Part shown: piece by piece, positions 1-9,115 of the stretch
Layout of the letters: every line of letters starts with the position of its first letter
How positions within the stretch are numbered: the first letter of the stretch is position 1
Assembly (NCBI RefSeq): GCF_005696695.1
Contig: NZ_CP040006.1
Coordinates: forward strand, 1,530,001 to 1,562,000
Source of the DNA: Schaalia odontolytica
GTDB lineage: Bacteria > Actinomycetota > Actinomycetes > Actinomycetales > Actinomycetaceae
DNA: 32,000 bases
Reading direction: 5' to 3'
Translations under genes and position numbers: made by a program
Notes under the pieces: model-generated
The model's input: the letters and a program-made list of their open reading frames with translations, nothing else
Told to the model about the DNA's origin: nothing
The model's database searches: none

Positions 1-85
1 TAAGCATGGAGAAGAAGATCAGGGTCCCCGTCCGCACGGGGTAGCCGCGCAGGTTCATCCACGGTAGTCGCGACAGCGACAGCAT
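1..85 (-). CDS. ABC transporter permease, FtsX/MacB-like (N-terminal fragment, continues past the window edge)
   Basis: ATG at 85 with AGGAGG (95-100) 9 nt upstream. Hand translation MLSLSRLPWMNLRGYPVRTGTLIFFSML resembles the N-terminus and TM1 of FtsX-type permeases. Only 28 codons are visible. Confidence 0.5.
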   Translation of the reverse strand, partial: MLSLSRLPWMNLRGYPVRTGTLIFFSML

Positions 86-112
86 TGCGTCATTCCTCCT
101 TGACCGTTGTCC

Positions 113-1303
113 CTACACCAGGACAGATTTGTTCCCCGTGGCCGCCCGGCTGACCCGAGCGAGCGCGAGGCGCGTTCCGACGACGCCGACGCAGGTGACG
201 GCGACTAGTGACAGGCCCGCGAGGGGCAGTGATGTCGCGGGGGTGGCGAGGGTTTTGACGAGGCTCCCGTCCCCCACGAATGGCATGGTCACGGCTGCGA
301 GGCAAACTCCCACGAGGGCTCCAAACGCGTGAAGCAGGGACGATTCGCTCAGCATGACACGGCTCATGATGGAACGCGATGCCCCGATCGAGCGCCACAC
401 GGCCAGTTCCTGCATCCGTTCGTTCATGAGGCTCACCTGCACGACGATGAGGGCGCCCAGCAGGACGATCCAGGTCGCTCCCAGGACCCCGATTGCAACC
501 CCGCGGTGCGCGCGAATGCCCGACGCAGCCCCGACGAGCGCCTCAGTGGCACGCACCGCACTGACCTTGCGCACGTAGAGGTTGATCCAATTGGTAACGC
601 TCTCGATGGCATCGCTGTCCGAGGCACGCACGAGCGCCGCAGAGTAGTCGGTACGCGGGTCGAGGGAAGCGTCGATGTCCTCCCCCGCCGCGCGCGCGTC
701 CGCCATCATGTCCGACAGGGTGTCCGTGGAAACGAAGACGGCGTCATCGAGCTCCGAGCCGGTGGTGAGGAGGTGAGCGCCGATCGGGCGCTCACGCCCG
801 AAGACGGAGAGGCTCTGTCCGTCCGCGCCCGGGACGGCACTGCCGACAAGGACCGAGCCACGCGGCAGCGACGCCCCTTCCCCCTCGGCGATCCAAGGCG
901 AGAGCGCGAAATCCGTCTCGGGTTCGAAACCAACGATCCACCGGGTGGACCCATCGGCGAGCGTCTCGGACACATAGAGCTGATAGGACACCGCGGCGAT
1001 GTCCTCGTTGGACGACATGCGCGCCAGGGCCGAGCGCCGCTGGTGACAGCCCACGGGGGTCCCGAGCATGAGGAGGCGCTTCTTCTCCACCTGGTTCAGG
1101 CAGGTCGTCGGGTACACGACGAGGTCGGCGCCGAGCCTGCGCTCAGCGAGGGTGAGCTCCGCCCGCATCGCGCCCACGAGGATCAATCCACCGAACACAC
1201 AGGCTGCCTGCGCGAGCGCAAGCACAGCGATGATGAGGGAACGGATGGGATGCGCGCGGATCGTCATGAGGGGAACGCGGCGCAGGGACAGCGCGTTGCT
1301 CAT
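113..1303 (-). CDS. ABC transporter permease, FtsX/MacB-like (396 aa)
   Basis: ORF-track protein has an N-terminal TM helix (IRSLIIAVLALAQAACVFGGLILVG), a large extracytoplasmic domain and a C-terminal cluster of TM helices, which is typical FtsX-family topology. Its ATG overlaps the upstream stop (ATGA at 1300-1303). Confidence 0.8.
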   Translation of the reverse strand: MSNALSLRRVPLMTIRAHPIRSLIIAVLALAQAACVFGGLILVGAMRAELTLAERRLGADLVVYPTTCLNQVEKKRLLMLGTPVGCHQRRSALARMSSNEDIAAVSYQLYVSETLADGSTRWIVGFEPETDFALSPWIAEGEGASLPRGSVLVGSAVPGADGQSLSVFGRERPIGAHLLTTGSELDDAVFVSTDTLSDMMADARAAGEDIDASLDPRTDYSAALVRASDSDAIESVTNWINLYVRKVSAVRATEALVGAASGIRAHRGVAIGVLGATWIVLLGALIVVQVSLMNERMQELAVWRSIGASRSIMSRVMLSESSLLHAFGALVGVCLAAVTMPFVGDGSLVKTLATPATSLPLAGLSLVAVTCVGVVGTRLALARVSRAATGNKSVLV

Positions 1304-2181
1304 CGGCTCCCCTCACCGGCCCCTTCGACGTTGATCCACAGCGCGGGTCGCACCCCGTACTGCAGGTCGACGTTCGCTCCGCTGAGCGAGGGCACGCCCG
1401 TCGCGTCGACGAATTGCGTCGCGAAACCGTATGTTCCGGGAGAGCGCAGCCACCAGTCTGCCGTGCCGTCCTCGGAGACGCTCAGGGGTCCGGCGGCGGC
1501 GTGAACGCTGGCGGGCGCCGCTCCGATGTCACTACGCGCGGCGGGCGTATTGAGGTAGATGACGCTCTCGGTCTCACTGAGGGCAAAAACCCGATCGTCG
1601 GTCGCGGCTCCGCCGCTTGCGCCGGTGATCGACTGATCCGCATTCTCGTTGTGCACCGTCTCGATGAGCCCGCGCTGAACGGGGGTGAACGCACCCTCGT
1701 AGAAGTCGCCGTTCATCCACGCGCGCAGGTCGGAGTTCTCCCACGTGACCTCCTCGAAGGGCACGTGGTGGTACTGGCGCGCATCGAGGACGTCTGCGCT
1801 CAGGAGCAGGAGTTGGCCGTCGATCTTGTCGAGGACAATCCACTGAATCGGCTCGGGTCCATTCTGGGCGTTTCCGTCCTGCTCGTAGGCCCCGAACTCG
1901 ACGGTGTCGCCCTTGGATACCGAGCGGTACGGCAGCGCGGGATCGGCTTCGACGAGGGCCTGCGCGCGCTGCGCCGCATCACTGTACCCGCCGAGCGCAT
2001 GGAAGAGCTCGTACGCCCCCTGGGCGTCCCCGGCCTCGTCCAGGGCGACGGCCTCGCGATAGTGCACCGCGTTGCGCACGACGATCGCGAGAACGGCGAC
2101 GAGGGATAGCACGAGGAGAACCGCGCCGATGCGCACGGTTTTCGATCGTCCTAGGGCCCTCACGCCGCCATTGTCTCCCAT
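1300..2181 (-). CDS. membrane-anchored extracytoplasmic protein with DUF6273-like domain
   Basis: Start chosen at ATG 2181 (MGDNGGVRALGRSKTVRIGAVLLVLSLVAVLAIVV = N-terminal TM anchor). The Arg-rich extension to 2244 looks spurious. The C-terminal part (GDTVEFGAYEQDGN..PIQWIVLD..VTWENSDLRAWMN..WWLRSPG..VRPALWINV) matches the motif pattern I recall for DUF6273. No good SD; the gap to the upstream stop is 13 nt. Confidence 0.65.
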   Translation of the reverse strand: MGDNGGVRALGRSKTVRIGAVLLVLSLVAVLAIVVRNAVHYREAVALDEAGDAQGAYELFHALGGYSDAAQRAQALVEADPALPYRSVSKGDTVEFGAYEQDGNAQNGPEPIQWIVLDKIDGQLLLLSADVLDARQYHHVPFEEVTWENSDLRAWMNGDFYEGAFTPVQRGLIETVHNENADQSITGASGGAATDDRVFALSETESVIYLNTPAARSDIGAAPASVHAAAGPLSVSEDGTADWWLRSPGTYGFATQFVDATGVPSLSGANVDLQYGVRPALWINVEGAGEGSR

Positions 2182-2194
2182 CCGGGGCGATACG

Positions 2195-2620
2195 TCAGGC
2201 GGAGGGCTTCGAATCCTTCTTCCATGACGCCACCAGCGCCCCAATGCCGCTGCCGGCGACCAGGACGCTCATGATGCGCACGAAGGGCTGGAAGACGGTG
2301 TGGCAGCGCATCGTCTTCATCGCGCACAGCGGGCAGATCCCGCCGGGAATGAAGAACACAACGACGCTGGCGATGACCGCGAGCGCGAGCAGGGCCAGGC
2401 GCGCGGGCTTGTTCTTGACGAGGGAGGAGGCGCCGTACAGCGCGATGAGGCCAACGGCGCTGCCGGCCACCATGTTCTGACACTGGTGACAGTGCATCCA
2501 CGAGCCGTCGGCCCGTTGCTCGCACGCCGAAAAGACGGTCACGCCTCCGGCGAGCAGCAGGGCGCTGAGAGCGGCGGGGACCAGGGGAATGATGACGTCC
2601 TTCTTTGCCACGGTATCCAT
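2195..2620 (-). CDS. DUF4418-like Cys/His-rich four-TM membrane protein
   Basis: 141 aa with four hydrophobic segments and conserved-looking Cys motifs (SAC..x10..CHQC and CPLC..x6..CH), as I recall for DUF4418. ATG 2620 abuts AAGGA directly. The GTG at codon 4 (2611) has better SD spacing, so the start is uncertain by 9 nt. Confidence 0.7.
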   Translation of the reverse strand: MDTVAKKDVIIPLVPAALSALLLAGGVTVFSACEQRADGSWMHCHQCQNMVAGSAVGLIALYGASSLVKNKPARLALLALAVIASVVVFFIPGGICPLCAMKTMRCHTVFQPFVRIMSVLVAGSGIGALVASWKKDSKPSA

Positions 2621-2662
2621 TCCTTGAAGACAACGATCAGTGTTGATGAGCTTTACCTAAGT

Positions 2663-2692
2663 ATATTAAGCCTAACTTTCAACGCTCGTCAA
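2663..2692 (-). promoter_or_regulatory. candidate sigma-70-type promoter of the DUF4418 operon
   Basis: Minus strand reads TTGACG (2687-2692), 18-nt spacer, TAATAT (2663-2668), in an AT-rich stretch about 40 nt upstream of the DUF4418 start. It is bracketed by an imperfect inverted repeat GTTGATGAG (2642-2650) / CTCGTCAAC (2685-2693). Confidence 0.45.
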
Positions 2693-2730
2693 CGATCGGT
2701 AACACCACCACTGCACCCTGAACATACACC

Positions 2731-2759
2731 TCGCCCCCGCCGGGTCTCGACGGGGGCGA
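2731..2759 (-). terminator. hairpin downstream of dapA (possible terminator)
   Basis: 9-bp GC stem TCGCCCCCG / CGGGGGCGA with an 11-nt loop, extended by ACATAC / GTATGT. It starts 9 nt after the dapA stop. There is no clear U-tract. Confidence 0.4.
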
Positions 2760-2767
2760 ACTGTATG

Positions 2768-3673
2768 TCAGAGCAGGCCAGCGGTGCACAGGGCGCGACG
2801 CAGGGCCGACACCTCATCGTCACTGATGCCCACCATCGGCAGGCGCACGGCCGGGCTGTCGATAACGCCCTGGAGCCACAGGGCGTACTTCGCCATGACC
2901 GCTCCCTGTCCGCCGCCCATGATCGCGTGCACGAGGGGACGCAGCGAATAGGACAGCTCACGGGCCTCCCACACCTGGTCGCTGTCGAGCAGCTCGATCA
3001 TGCGACGGTACTGGGCTGAGGCCACGTGCGTGACCACGGAAATGAAGCCCGAGGCGCCGCCCGTCATCCATGCGAAGTTCAGGCCGTCGTCGCCCGAGTA
3101 GTACTCCAGGCCCGTGCGGTGCATGCGCTCCACGCCGGTCTCCACGTCACCCGTCGCGTCCTTGACGCCCAGGATCCGCGGGTGCTGGGCGAGGATGTCG
3201 AGGGTCGCGTCTGAGAACGCGATGCCCGTGCGCCCCGGAATGTCGTAGAGCATGACGGGCAGGTCGGTCGCATCCGTCACGCTGCGCACGTGCGCGCGCA
3301 GGCCCTCCTGGGACGGGCGGTTGTAGTACGGGGACACGATCAGCAGACCGTCCGCGCCGTGCTCCTGGGCGCCCTCGCCGATGCGCACCGCGTGGGCGGT
3401 GTCGTTCGAACACGCGCCGCACAGGATGAACGCTCGATCCCCCACGGCCTCACGGACGGCGTCCGTCAGGTCGTTCTTCTCCGGCTGGTGAGTCGTCGGC
3501 GACTCTCCCGTCGTGCCGGACAGCAGAATCGTGTCGCACCCTTCGTCGACCAGCTTGATCGCCAGGCGCTGCGCGGAGGGCAGATCAATCTCACCGGTGT
3601 CGGTCATCGGCGTGACCATGGCGGCTGCGAGGGAACCGAAGCGGCGGGGAGGAATGTTGCTCATGCGTTCCAT
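2768..3673 (-). CDS. dapA: 4-hydroxy-tetrahydrodipicolinate synthase
   Basis: Translation (FGSLAAAMVTPM..., GTTGESPT, YNRP, KDATGD motifs) is typical DapA. The long Arg-rich 5' extension to 3880 overlaps the GNAT gene and was rejected. Start is at ATG 3673 (GAGGGG 10 nt upstream) or ATG 3664. Confidence 0.9.
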   Translation of the reverse strand: MERMSNIPPRRFGSLAAAMVTPMTDTGEIDLPSAQRLAIKLVDEGCDTILLSGTTGESPTTHQPEKNDLTDAVREAVGDRAFILCGACSNDTAHAVRIGEGAQEHGADGLLIVSPYYNRPSQEGLRAHVRSVTDATDLPVMLYDIPGRTGIAFSDATLDILAQHPRILGVKDATGDVETGVERMHRTGLEYYSGDDGLNFAWMTGGASGFISVVTHVASAQYRRMIELLDSDQVWEARELSYSLRPLVHAIMGGGQGAVMAKYALWLQGVIDSPAVRLPMVGISDDEVSALRRALCTAGLL

Positions 3674-3767
3674 GATACGCACGCCCCTCGCAATGGGCGC
3701 ACCGCGTCCCCGACGTGGACGGAGCACCACGCACGCACCCGCGTGGCGTCGCTCGCGCCGTGGGCTC

Positions 3768-4310
3768 TTAGTCGCGCTCCGCCCACCACATGTGCTGCGT
3801 GGGGCCATCGCCCAGCACTCGCACCGCGCCCGAGGGCGCAAAGCCCGCCGACGTGTAAAAGCGCTGGCGCTCCTCATCATTCACGCCAACCCACACGCGC
3901 AACTGGCCACTCGTCAGGTCCGCGACCGCCGACAGCAGGCGCGACGCATGCCCCGACCGGCGGAAGTTCTTATCCACCGTCAGCTCATACACCTGCGTCG
4001 CGGCCACCGCCGCCTCACCCGACTCAGCGTCGGGGGCCGAGGGCACCCCGGCCTCGTCGGGGCCGGCGAGCGCGAAACCCACGATCGTATTGCCGTGGAG
4101 GGCGACGAGGAGGGCGGTGCCGCCCGGCCGCGGAGAAGCCAGCGTCGCCTCCCACTGGGCGGCGAGCGCCTCCTCAGTGATGCCCTGAGCGTCGAGGGCG
4201 TCCTGCCCCATGAGGGAGCGCCAGGCCTCGCGCTGCAGGCGAGCGATCGCGCGCGCGTCACCGCTCTGAGCGGGGCGCACGGAGCGGTCCGGACCCGCGG
4301 CCGAGCTCAC
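3768..4310 (-). CDS. GNAT-family N-acetyltransferase
   Basis: 180 aa with an acetyl-CoA-binding-like segment (VDKNFRRSGHASRLL) and a C-terminal FYTSAGF motif. The GTG start overlaps the dapB stop (GTGA at 4307-4310). Confidence 0.75.
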   Translation of the reverse strand: MSSAAGPDRSVRPAQSGDARAIARLQREAWRSLMGQDALDAQGITEEALAAQWEATLASPRPGGTALLVALHGNTIVGFALAGPDEAGVPSAPDAESGEAAVAATQVYELTVDKNFRRSGHASRLLSAVADLTSGQLRVWVGVNDEERQRFYTSAGFAPSGAVRVLGDGPTQHMWWAERD

Positions 4311-5047
4311 AGGCCCATCACCTGGTCGAGGCCAATGGTCAGGCCCGTGCGGCCGATCACGCGGCGCACGCCCAGCAGGACACCGGGCATGAAGGAGACA
4401 CGATCGAAGGAGTCCGTGCGGATGACCAGCTGCTCGCCCGCGTTGCCCAGGAGGATCTCCTCCGAGGCGGTCAGGCCGCGCAGGCGCACGGCGTGGACGG
4501 GGATACCATCCACGCGGCCGCCGCGGCTGCCGAGCTCGTCGGTTTCAGTCGCGTCGGGCATCTCGCCCAGGCCGGCCTCGGCGCGCGCCTTCGCGATGCC
4601 GCGCGCGGTCGCCACGGCGGTGCCGGAGGGAGCGTCCACCTTGGCGGGGTGATGCATCTCGATGACCTCAGCGGACTCGAAGTAGGGGGCGGCCATAGCG
4701 GCGAACTTCATGGCGAGCACCGCGCCCATCGCGAAGTTCGGGGCGATCAGGACGGCACGCCCAGAGGCCTCGGCATGCTCGCGCACGCGCGCGTAGGACT
4801 CTTCCGTCCAGCCGGTCGTGCCCACGACGACGTCCACTCCCGCGTCGAGAAGCGCGTGTACGTTGGACTCGGTGACGCTGGGGATCGAGAAGTCGACGGC
4901 GACCTGCGCGCCATTCACGCTCTGCGGCGTGATCTCGTCGCCCGCATCGAAGAGGGCAACGACCTCCATGTCCGGGGCGTCCGTGACCGCCTGAACGACG
5001 GTCGAGCCCATGCGGCCCTTGGCTCCTGTCACTGCGACGCGAATCAT
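4307..5047 (-). CDS. dapB: 4-hydroxy-tetrahydrodipicolinate reductase
   Basis: MIRVAVTGAKGRMG (NAD(P)-binding GxxGxxG), EMHHPAKVDAPSGTA motif, 246 aa. Strong SD (AAGAAGGAGAG) 5 nt upstream of the ATG. Confidence 0.93.
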   Translation of the reverse strand: MIRVAVTGAKGRMGSTVVQAVTDAPDMEVVALFDAGDEITPQSVNGAQVAVDFSIPSVTESNVHALLDAGVDVVVGTTGWTEESYARVREHAEASGRAVLIAPNFAMGAVLAMKFAAMAAPYFESAEVIEMHHPAKVDAPSGTAVATARGIAKARAEAGLGEMPDATETDELGSRGGRVDGIPVHAVRLRGLTASEEILLGNAGEQLVIRTDSFDRVSFMPGVLLGVRRVIGRTGLTIGLDQVMGL

Positions 5048-5146
5048 TGCGCTCTCCTTCTTACGGTTATATGGCTGTCTTCAGGGTATTCCCACGTTCG
5101 GCGCGATGAGCGCGGATGGACAGGGGGTATCTCACGCCCCCGTTTC

Positions 5147-6451
5147 TTACTGTGCGGGCAGGACGAGGGCCCGGCAATCCAACTTCGCGATGAGGGACGC
5201 CGCCAGTGCGCGCACGTCGCCCGCCTGCACCGCGTCGAACTCGGCGAGGGACTCGTCGATGGGACGGTAACGTCCGATGATCTCCGAGCGGCCCAGTCGC
5301 ATCATGCGAGACCAGTTGTCTTCGAGGCCCAGGACGACGCCGCCGCGCACCTGTCCACGCACGCGCGTCATCTCCTCCTCGGTCGGGCCGTCCGCGGCAA
5401 GGTCTTCCAGCTGAGCGCGCATGATGGCCTCAACTTCGTCGACCTTGTCGGGGCTACAGCCCGCGTACATGCCGAAGGTTCCGGTATCGGAGTAGGCGAC
5501 GTCGAAGGCGTAGGTCGTATAGGCCAGTCCACGCTTTTCACGCACCTCCTGGAAGAGGCGCGACGACATAGAGCCGCCCAGCACCGACAGTAGGACACTC
5601 ATGGTCGGACCCGCGGGATCCGTGGCCGACAGGCCCTCGCAGCCGATGATGACGTGCGCCTGGGTCACGTCGCGTCGGCGGGTGATGTCCTTGTCGTGGT
5701 CGGCAATCGGTGTCACGGTCGTGGATCGACGAGGCCGGGGTGAGGCCGCGCTGCCCGCGTCCCAGGGCGATCCCTCCAGGGCGGCCTGCACGCGCTCACA
5801 CACTGATTCGTGGTCGACGTTGCCGGCGGCTGCAACGATGAGGGATGAGGGGCCGTAGTGGGCCTGGTAGTGCTCCCAGACGTCCGCGCGCTCGACCTCA
5901 CGGATGGCCTGGGGCGTGCCGCCGACGGGGCGTCCGATCGGGCGGTCGCCGTGGACGGCTAGCTGGAAGGTGTCGTGGACCGTGTCCGTGGGCGAGTCCT
6001 CCCCCATCGCCAGTTCGTCGAGGATGACGCCGCGCTCCATCGAGAAATCTTCCTCGTCGAGGCGCGAGTCGGTGACCATGTCGGTCAGCGTCTCGATCGC
6101 CATGTCGAGGTCCGCGTCGCGCACGCGCGCCCAGTAGGCGGTGTGCTCGCGAGCGGTCTCCGCGTTCGACTCGCCGCCCACGCTGTCGAAGGCGACGGCG
6201 ATGTCGAGGGCGGAACGCTTGTTCGTGCCTTTAAACAGAAGGTGCTCGAGGAAGTGGGTCGACCCAGCCGTACGCGGTCCCTCGTCGCGCGACCCCACAG
6301 GCACCCACAGGGACACGCCCGCGCTCTTCGTCGCCGGAATCGCCTGGGTCAGGACACGCGTCCCAGCTCCCAGGATCGTGCGTTCAATGCGGGTGTCGCC
6401 ATCCTCGATGGACAGGCGGGCCTCGTCGAGCGGCAGCGGCTTGGGCGTCAT
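5147..6451 (-). CDS. M16-family (pitrilysin/insulinase-like) zinc peptidase
   Basis: HFLEHLLFKGT inverted zinc-binding motif (HxxEH). Its position between pnp and dapB is as in other Actinobacteria. Start chosen at ATG 6451 (AGGAGAAGT directly upstream) rather than the track start 6502. Confidence 0.85.
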   Translation of the reverse strand: MTPKPLPLDEARLSIEDGDTRIERTILGAGTRVLTQAIPATKSAGVSLWVPVGSRDEGPRTAGSTHFLEHLLFKGTNKRSALDIAVAFDSVGGESNAETAREHTAYWARVRDADLDMAIETLTDMVTDSRLDEEDFSMERGVILDELAMGEDSPTDTVHDTFQLAVHGDRPIGRPVGGTPQAIREVERADVWEHYQAHYGPSSLIVAAAGNVDHESVCERVQAALEGSPWDAGSAASPRPRRSTTVTPIADHDKDITRRRDVTQAHVIIGCEGLSATDPAGPTMSVLLSVLGGSMSSRLFQEVREKRGLAYTTYAFDVAYSDTGTFGMYAGCSPDKVDEVEAIMRAQLEDLAADGPTEEEMTRVRGQVRGGVVLGLEDNWSRMMRLGRSEIIGRYRPIDESLAEFDAVQAGDVRALAASLIAKLDCRALVLPAQ

Positions 6452-6520
6452 ACTTCTCCTCTTGCATCCCCCATGATCCGGGGGTTGGCACGAAACGTTC
6501 ACAGTGTAGCCGTAAACGGG

Positions 6521-6561
6521 CCGGTGGCCGGGCGGAGCACACGCTCCATCCCGGCCACCGG
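6521..6561 (-). terminator. long hairpin downstream of pnp
   Basis: Perfect 12-bp outer stem CCGGTGGCCGGG / CCCGGCCACCGG enclosing an inner GGAGC/GCTCC stem. On the minus strand it is followed by GUUUAC, a weak U-tract. Confidence 0.45.
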
Positions 6562-6585
6562 TCCGATTCAGCTAACGGGAGCTAC

Positions 6586-8931
6586 TCACTCCTCGGAAGC
6601 GCCGTCCTCGCGCTCGTCGTCACGGCGACGACGGGTGCGGGTACGGGGGCGACGCTCGCGACGCTCGGAGCGGTCGCGGCGCTCGCGACGCTGCTCGGTC
6701 TGCTCGCCCTCGGCGGCCTCGAGCTCGCCAGCCTCGCCGTCGATGACGGCGTGCAGGCTCAGCTTGCCGCGGTCGCCGATCTCAGCGATCTCGACCTCGA
6801 CCTGCTGGCCGACCTGCAGGACGTCGTCCACGGAGTCGATGCGCTTGCCGCCCACGAGGCGACGGACCTGCGAGATGTGCAGGAGGCCATCCTTGCCGGG
6901 GGTCAGCGACACGAAGGCGCCGAACGAGGTGGTCTTGACGACCGTGCCGACGAAGCGCTCGCCGACCTCGGGCATCTGCGGGTTCGCGATCTGGTTGACC
7001 ATCGTGCGGGCGGCCTCGGCGGAGGCGCCGTCGGAGGAGGCGATGTAGACGGTGCCGTCGTCCTCGATGGTGACGTCAGCGCCGGTCTCGTCCTGGATCT
7101 GGTTGATCATCTTGCCCTTGGGGCCGATGACCTCGCCGATCTTGTCGACGGGGACCTTGACGGTGATGATGCGAGGAGCGTTGGGGCTCATCTCATCCGG
7201 GCCGTCGATCGCCTGGTTGATCAGGTCGAGGATCGCCAGTCGGGCGTCGCGGGCCTGGGCCAGCGCGGCGCGCAGCACCTGGGAGTCGATGCCGTCGAGC
7301 TTGGTGTCCAGCTGCAGAGCCGTGATGAAGTCACGGGTACCGGCAACCTTGAAGTCCATGTCGCCGAAGCCGTCCTCGGCGCCCAGGATGTCGGTCAGGG
7401 TGACGGCCTTGAACTGGCCATCGACCTCACCGGTCATGAGGCCCATCGCGATGCCCGCGACGGGGGCGCGCAGCGGCACGCCGGCCTGGAGGAGGGACAG
7501 GGTCGAGGCGCAGACGGAGCCCATCGACGAGGAGCCGTTGGAGCCCATGGTCTCGGAGACCTGACGGATCGCGTAGGGGAAGTCCTCACGCGAGGGCAGG
7601 ACGGGAACCAGGGCGCGCTCGGCCAGGTCACCATGGCCGATCTCGCGGCGCTTCGGGGAGCCGACGCGGCCGACCTCGCCCGTCGAGAACGGAGCGAAGT
7701 TGTACTGGTGCATGTAACGCTTAGCGTTGACAGGCGACAGGTTGTCGATCTGCTGCTCCATGCGCAGCATGGCCAGAGTGGTGATGCCCAGGATCTGGGT
7801 CTCGCCACGCTGGAACAGGGCGGAACCGTGCACGCGGGGCAGGACCTCGACCTCGGCGGACAGAGAACGGATCTGGCGCGGGGTACGGCCGTCCATGCGG
7901 ATCTCTTCGCGCAGGGTGCGGTTACGGATCGTGGCCTTCTCGAGCGAGCGGAAGGCAGCCTTGAGGGCCTTCTCCGACTCGGGGAAGCGCTCGGCCAGGG
8001 CCTCAAGCATCTCTTCCTTGACGGCGTCAACGGCCTCGTCGCGGGCGAGCTTGCCCTCAGTCAGCAGGGCCTGGGCGACCTTCTCGGCCGCGTATTCCTC
8101 GACCGCCGCGTACTCTTCGTCGGTGTAGTCCAGGAACAGCGGGAACTCAACGGTCTCCTTGGAGGCCTTCTCGGCCACCTTGAGCTGGGCCTCGCACAGG
8201 ACCTTGATGAAGGGCTTGGCGGCCTCGAGGCCGTCGGCCACGACGTCTTCGGTGGGGGCAGTGGCGCCAGCCTGAATGAGCTCCCACTGGTTCTTGCCGC
8301 CGCCGGCCTCGACCATCATGATCGCGACGTCTTCGGAGCCGTCTTCCTTGGTGACGATGCGACCCGCGACAACGATGTTGAACACGGAACGCTCGAGCTC
8401 GCTCCAGCGCGGGAACGCGACCCACTGGTCGTCGATGAGCGCCAGGCGGGTGCCGCCGATCGGGCCGGTGAAGGGCAAGCCGGCGATCTGGGTGGACATG
8501 GACGCGGCGTTAATCGCCAGAACGTCGTAGGCGTCGTCCGGATCGATCGTCAGGACGGTCTCGACGACCTGGACCTCGTTGCGCAGGCCCTTGACGAAGC
8601 CGGGGCGCAGCGGGCGGTCGATGAGGCGGGCGGCCAGGATGGCCTCGGTGCCCGCGCGGCCTTCGCGGCGGAAGAAGGAACCGGGGATGCGACCCGCGGC
8701 GTACTGACGCTCTTCAACGTCGACGGTCAGCGGGAAGAAGTCGAACTGGTCCTTGGGGTTCTTGCCCACCGTGGTGGCGGACAGAACGGTGGTGGAATCG
8801 TCCAGGTAGGCCAGGGCGGAGCCGGCGGCCTGCTTGGCGAGACGGCCGGTTTCGAAGCGCACGGTGCGCTTGCCAAAACGGCCGTTATCGATAATCGCCT
8901 CTGCGGCGATGATGTCGGAGCCTTCCATCAT
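6586..8931 (-). CDS. pnp: polyribonucleotide nucleotidyltransferase (PNPase)
   Basis: 781 aa with two RNase PH-like halves, KH ([17 protein letters not shown]) and S1 ([20 protein letters not shown]) regions. AAGGAG 9 nt upstream of ATG 8931. Arg/Glu-rich C-terminal tail. Confidence 0.97.
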   Translation of the reverse strand: MMEGSDIIAAEAIIDNGRFGKRTVRFETGRLAKQAAGSALAYLDDSTTVLSATTVGKNPKDQFDFFPLTVDVEERQYAAGRIPGSFFRREGRAGTEAILAARLIDRPLRPGFVKGLRNEVQVVETVLTIDPDDAYDVLAINAASMSTQIAGLPFTGPIGGTRLALIDDQWVAFPRWSELERSVFNIVVAGRIVTKEDGSEDVAIMMVEAGGGKNQWELIQAGATAPTEDVVADGLEAAKPFIKVLCEAQLKVAEKASKETVEFPLFLDYTDEEYAAVEEYAAEKVAQALLTEGKLARDEAVDAVKEEMLEALAERFPESEKALKAAFRSLEKATIRNRTLREEIRMDGRTPRQIRSLSAEVEVLPRVHGSALFQRGETQILGITTLAMLRMEQQIDNLSPVNAKRYMHQYNFAPFSTGEVGRVGSPKRREIGHGDLAERALVPVLPSREDFPYAIRQVSETMGSNGSSSMGSVCASTLSLLQAGVPLRAPVAGIAMGLMTGEVDGQFKAVTLTDILGAEDGFGDMDFKVAGTRDFITALQLDTKLDGIDSQVLRAALAQARDARLAILDLINQAIDGPDEMSPNAPRIITVKVPVDKIGEVIGPKGKMINQIQDETGADVTIEDDGTVYIASSDGASAEAARTMVNQIANPQMPEVGERFVGTVVKTTSFGAFVSLTPGKDGLLHISQVRRLVGGKRIDSVDDVLQVGQQVEVEIAEIGDRGKLSLHAVIDGEAGELEAAEGEQTEQRRERRDRSERRERRPRTRTRRRRDDEREDGASEE

Positions 8932-9072
8932 GGGGCGTTTCTCCTTGGTTTGTTGGTGTCGCGCTCCACTTCGGCCTTCGATCGAAGCCCACGGATAAAC
9001 GCTCCGTAGGCCACTGTCGAAAACCGGCGGCTTTCGCGCGAGAATTAACGGTTTGCCCGAGGCGGGCGTGTG

Positions 9073-9108
9073 AAAACCGGCCCGTCTCCGCTACGGGAGG
9101 CGGGCCGG
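9073..9108 (-). terminator. intrinsic terminator/attenuator after rpsO
   Basis: Begins 8 nt after the rpsO stop. 13-bp stem (CCGGCCCGCCUCC / GGAGACGGGCCGG, one mismatch) followed by UUUU on the minus strand. Confidence 0.6.
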
Positions 9109-9115
9109 CCCAAAA

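Noticed and set aside
3674-3880. N-terminal extensions in the ORF track for dapA (to 3880), pepR-like peptidase (to 6502), rpsO (to 9418), ribF (to 10780), truB (to 11693), the DUF6273 protein (to 2244), leuB (to 19379), ilvB (to 25622) and the AAE transporter (from 25883).
   Set aside because: The extensions are Arg/Pro-rich, overlap neighbouring genes or terminators, and internal ATG/GTG codons with an SD give proteins of canonical length and N-terminus.
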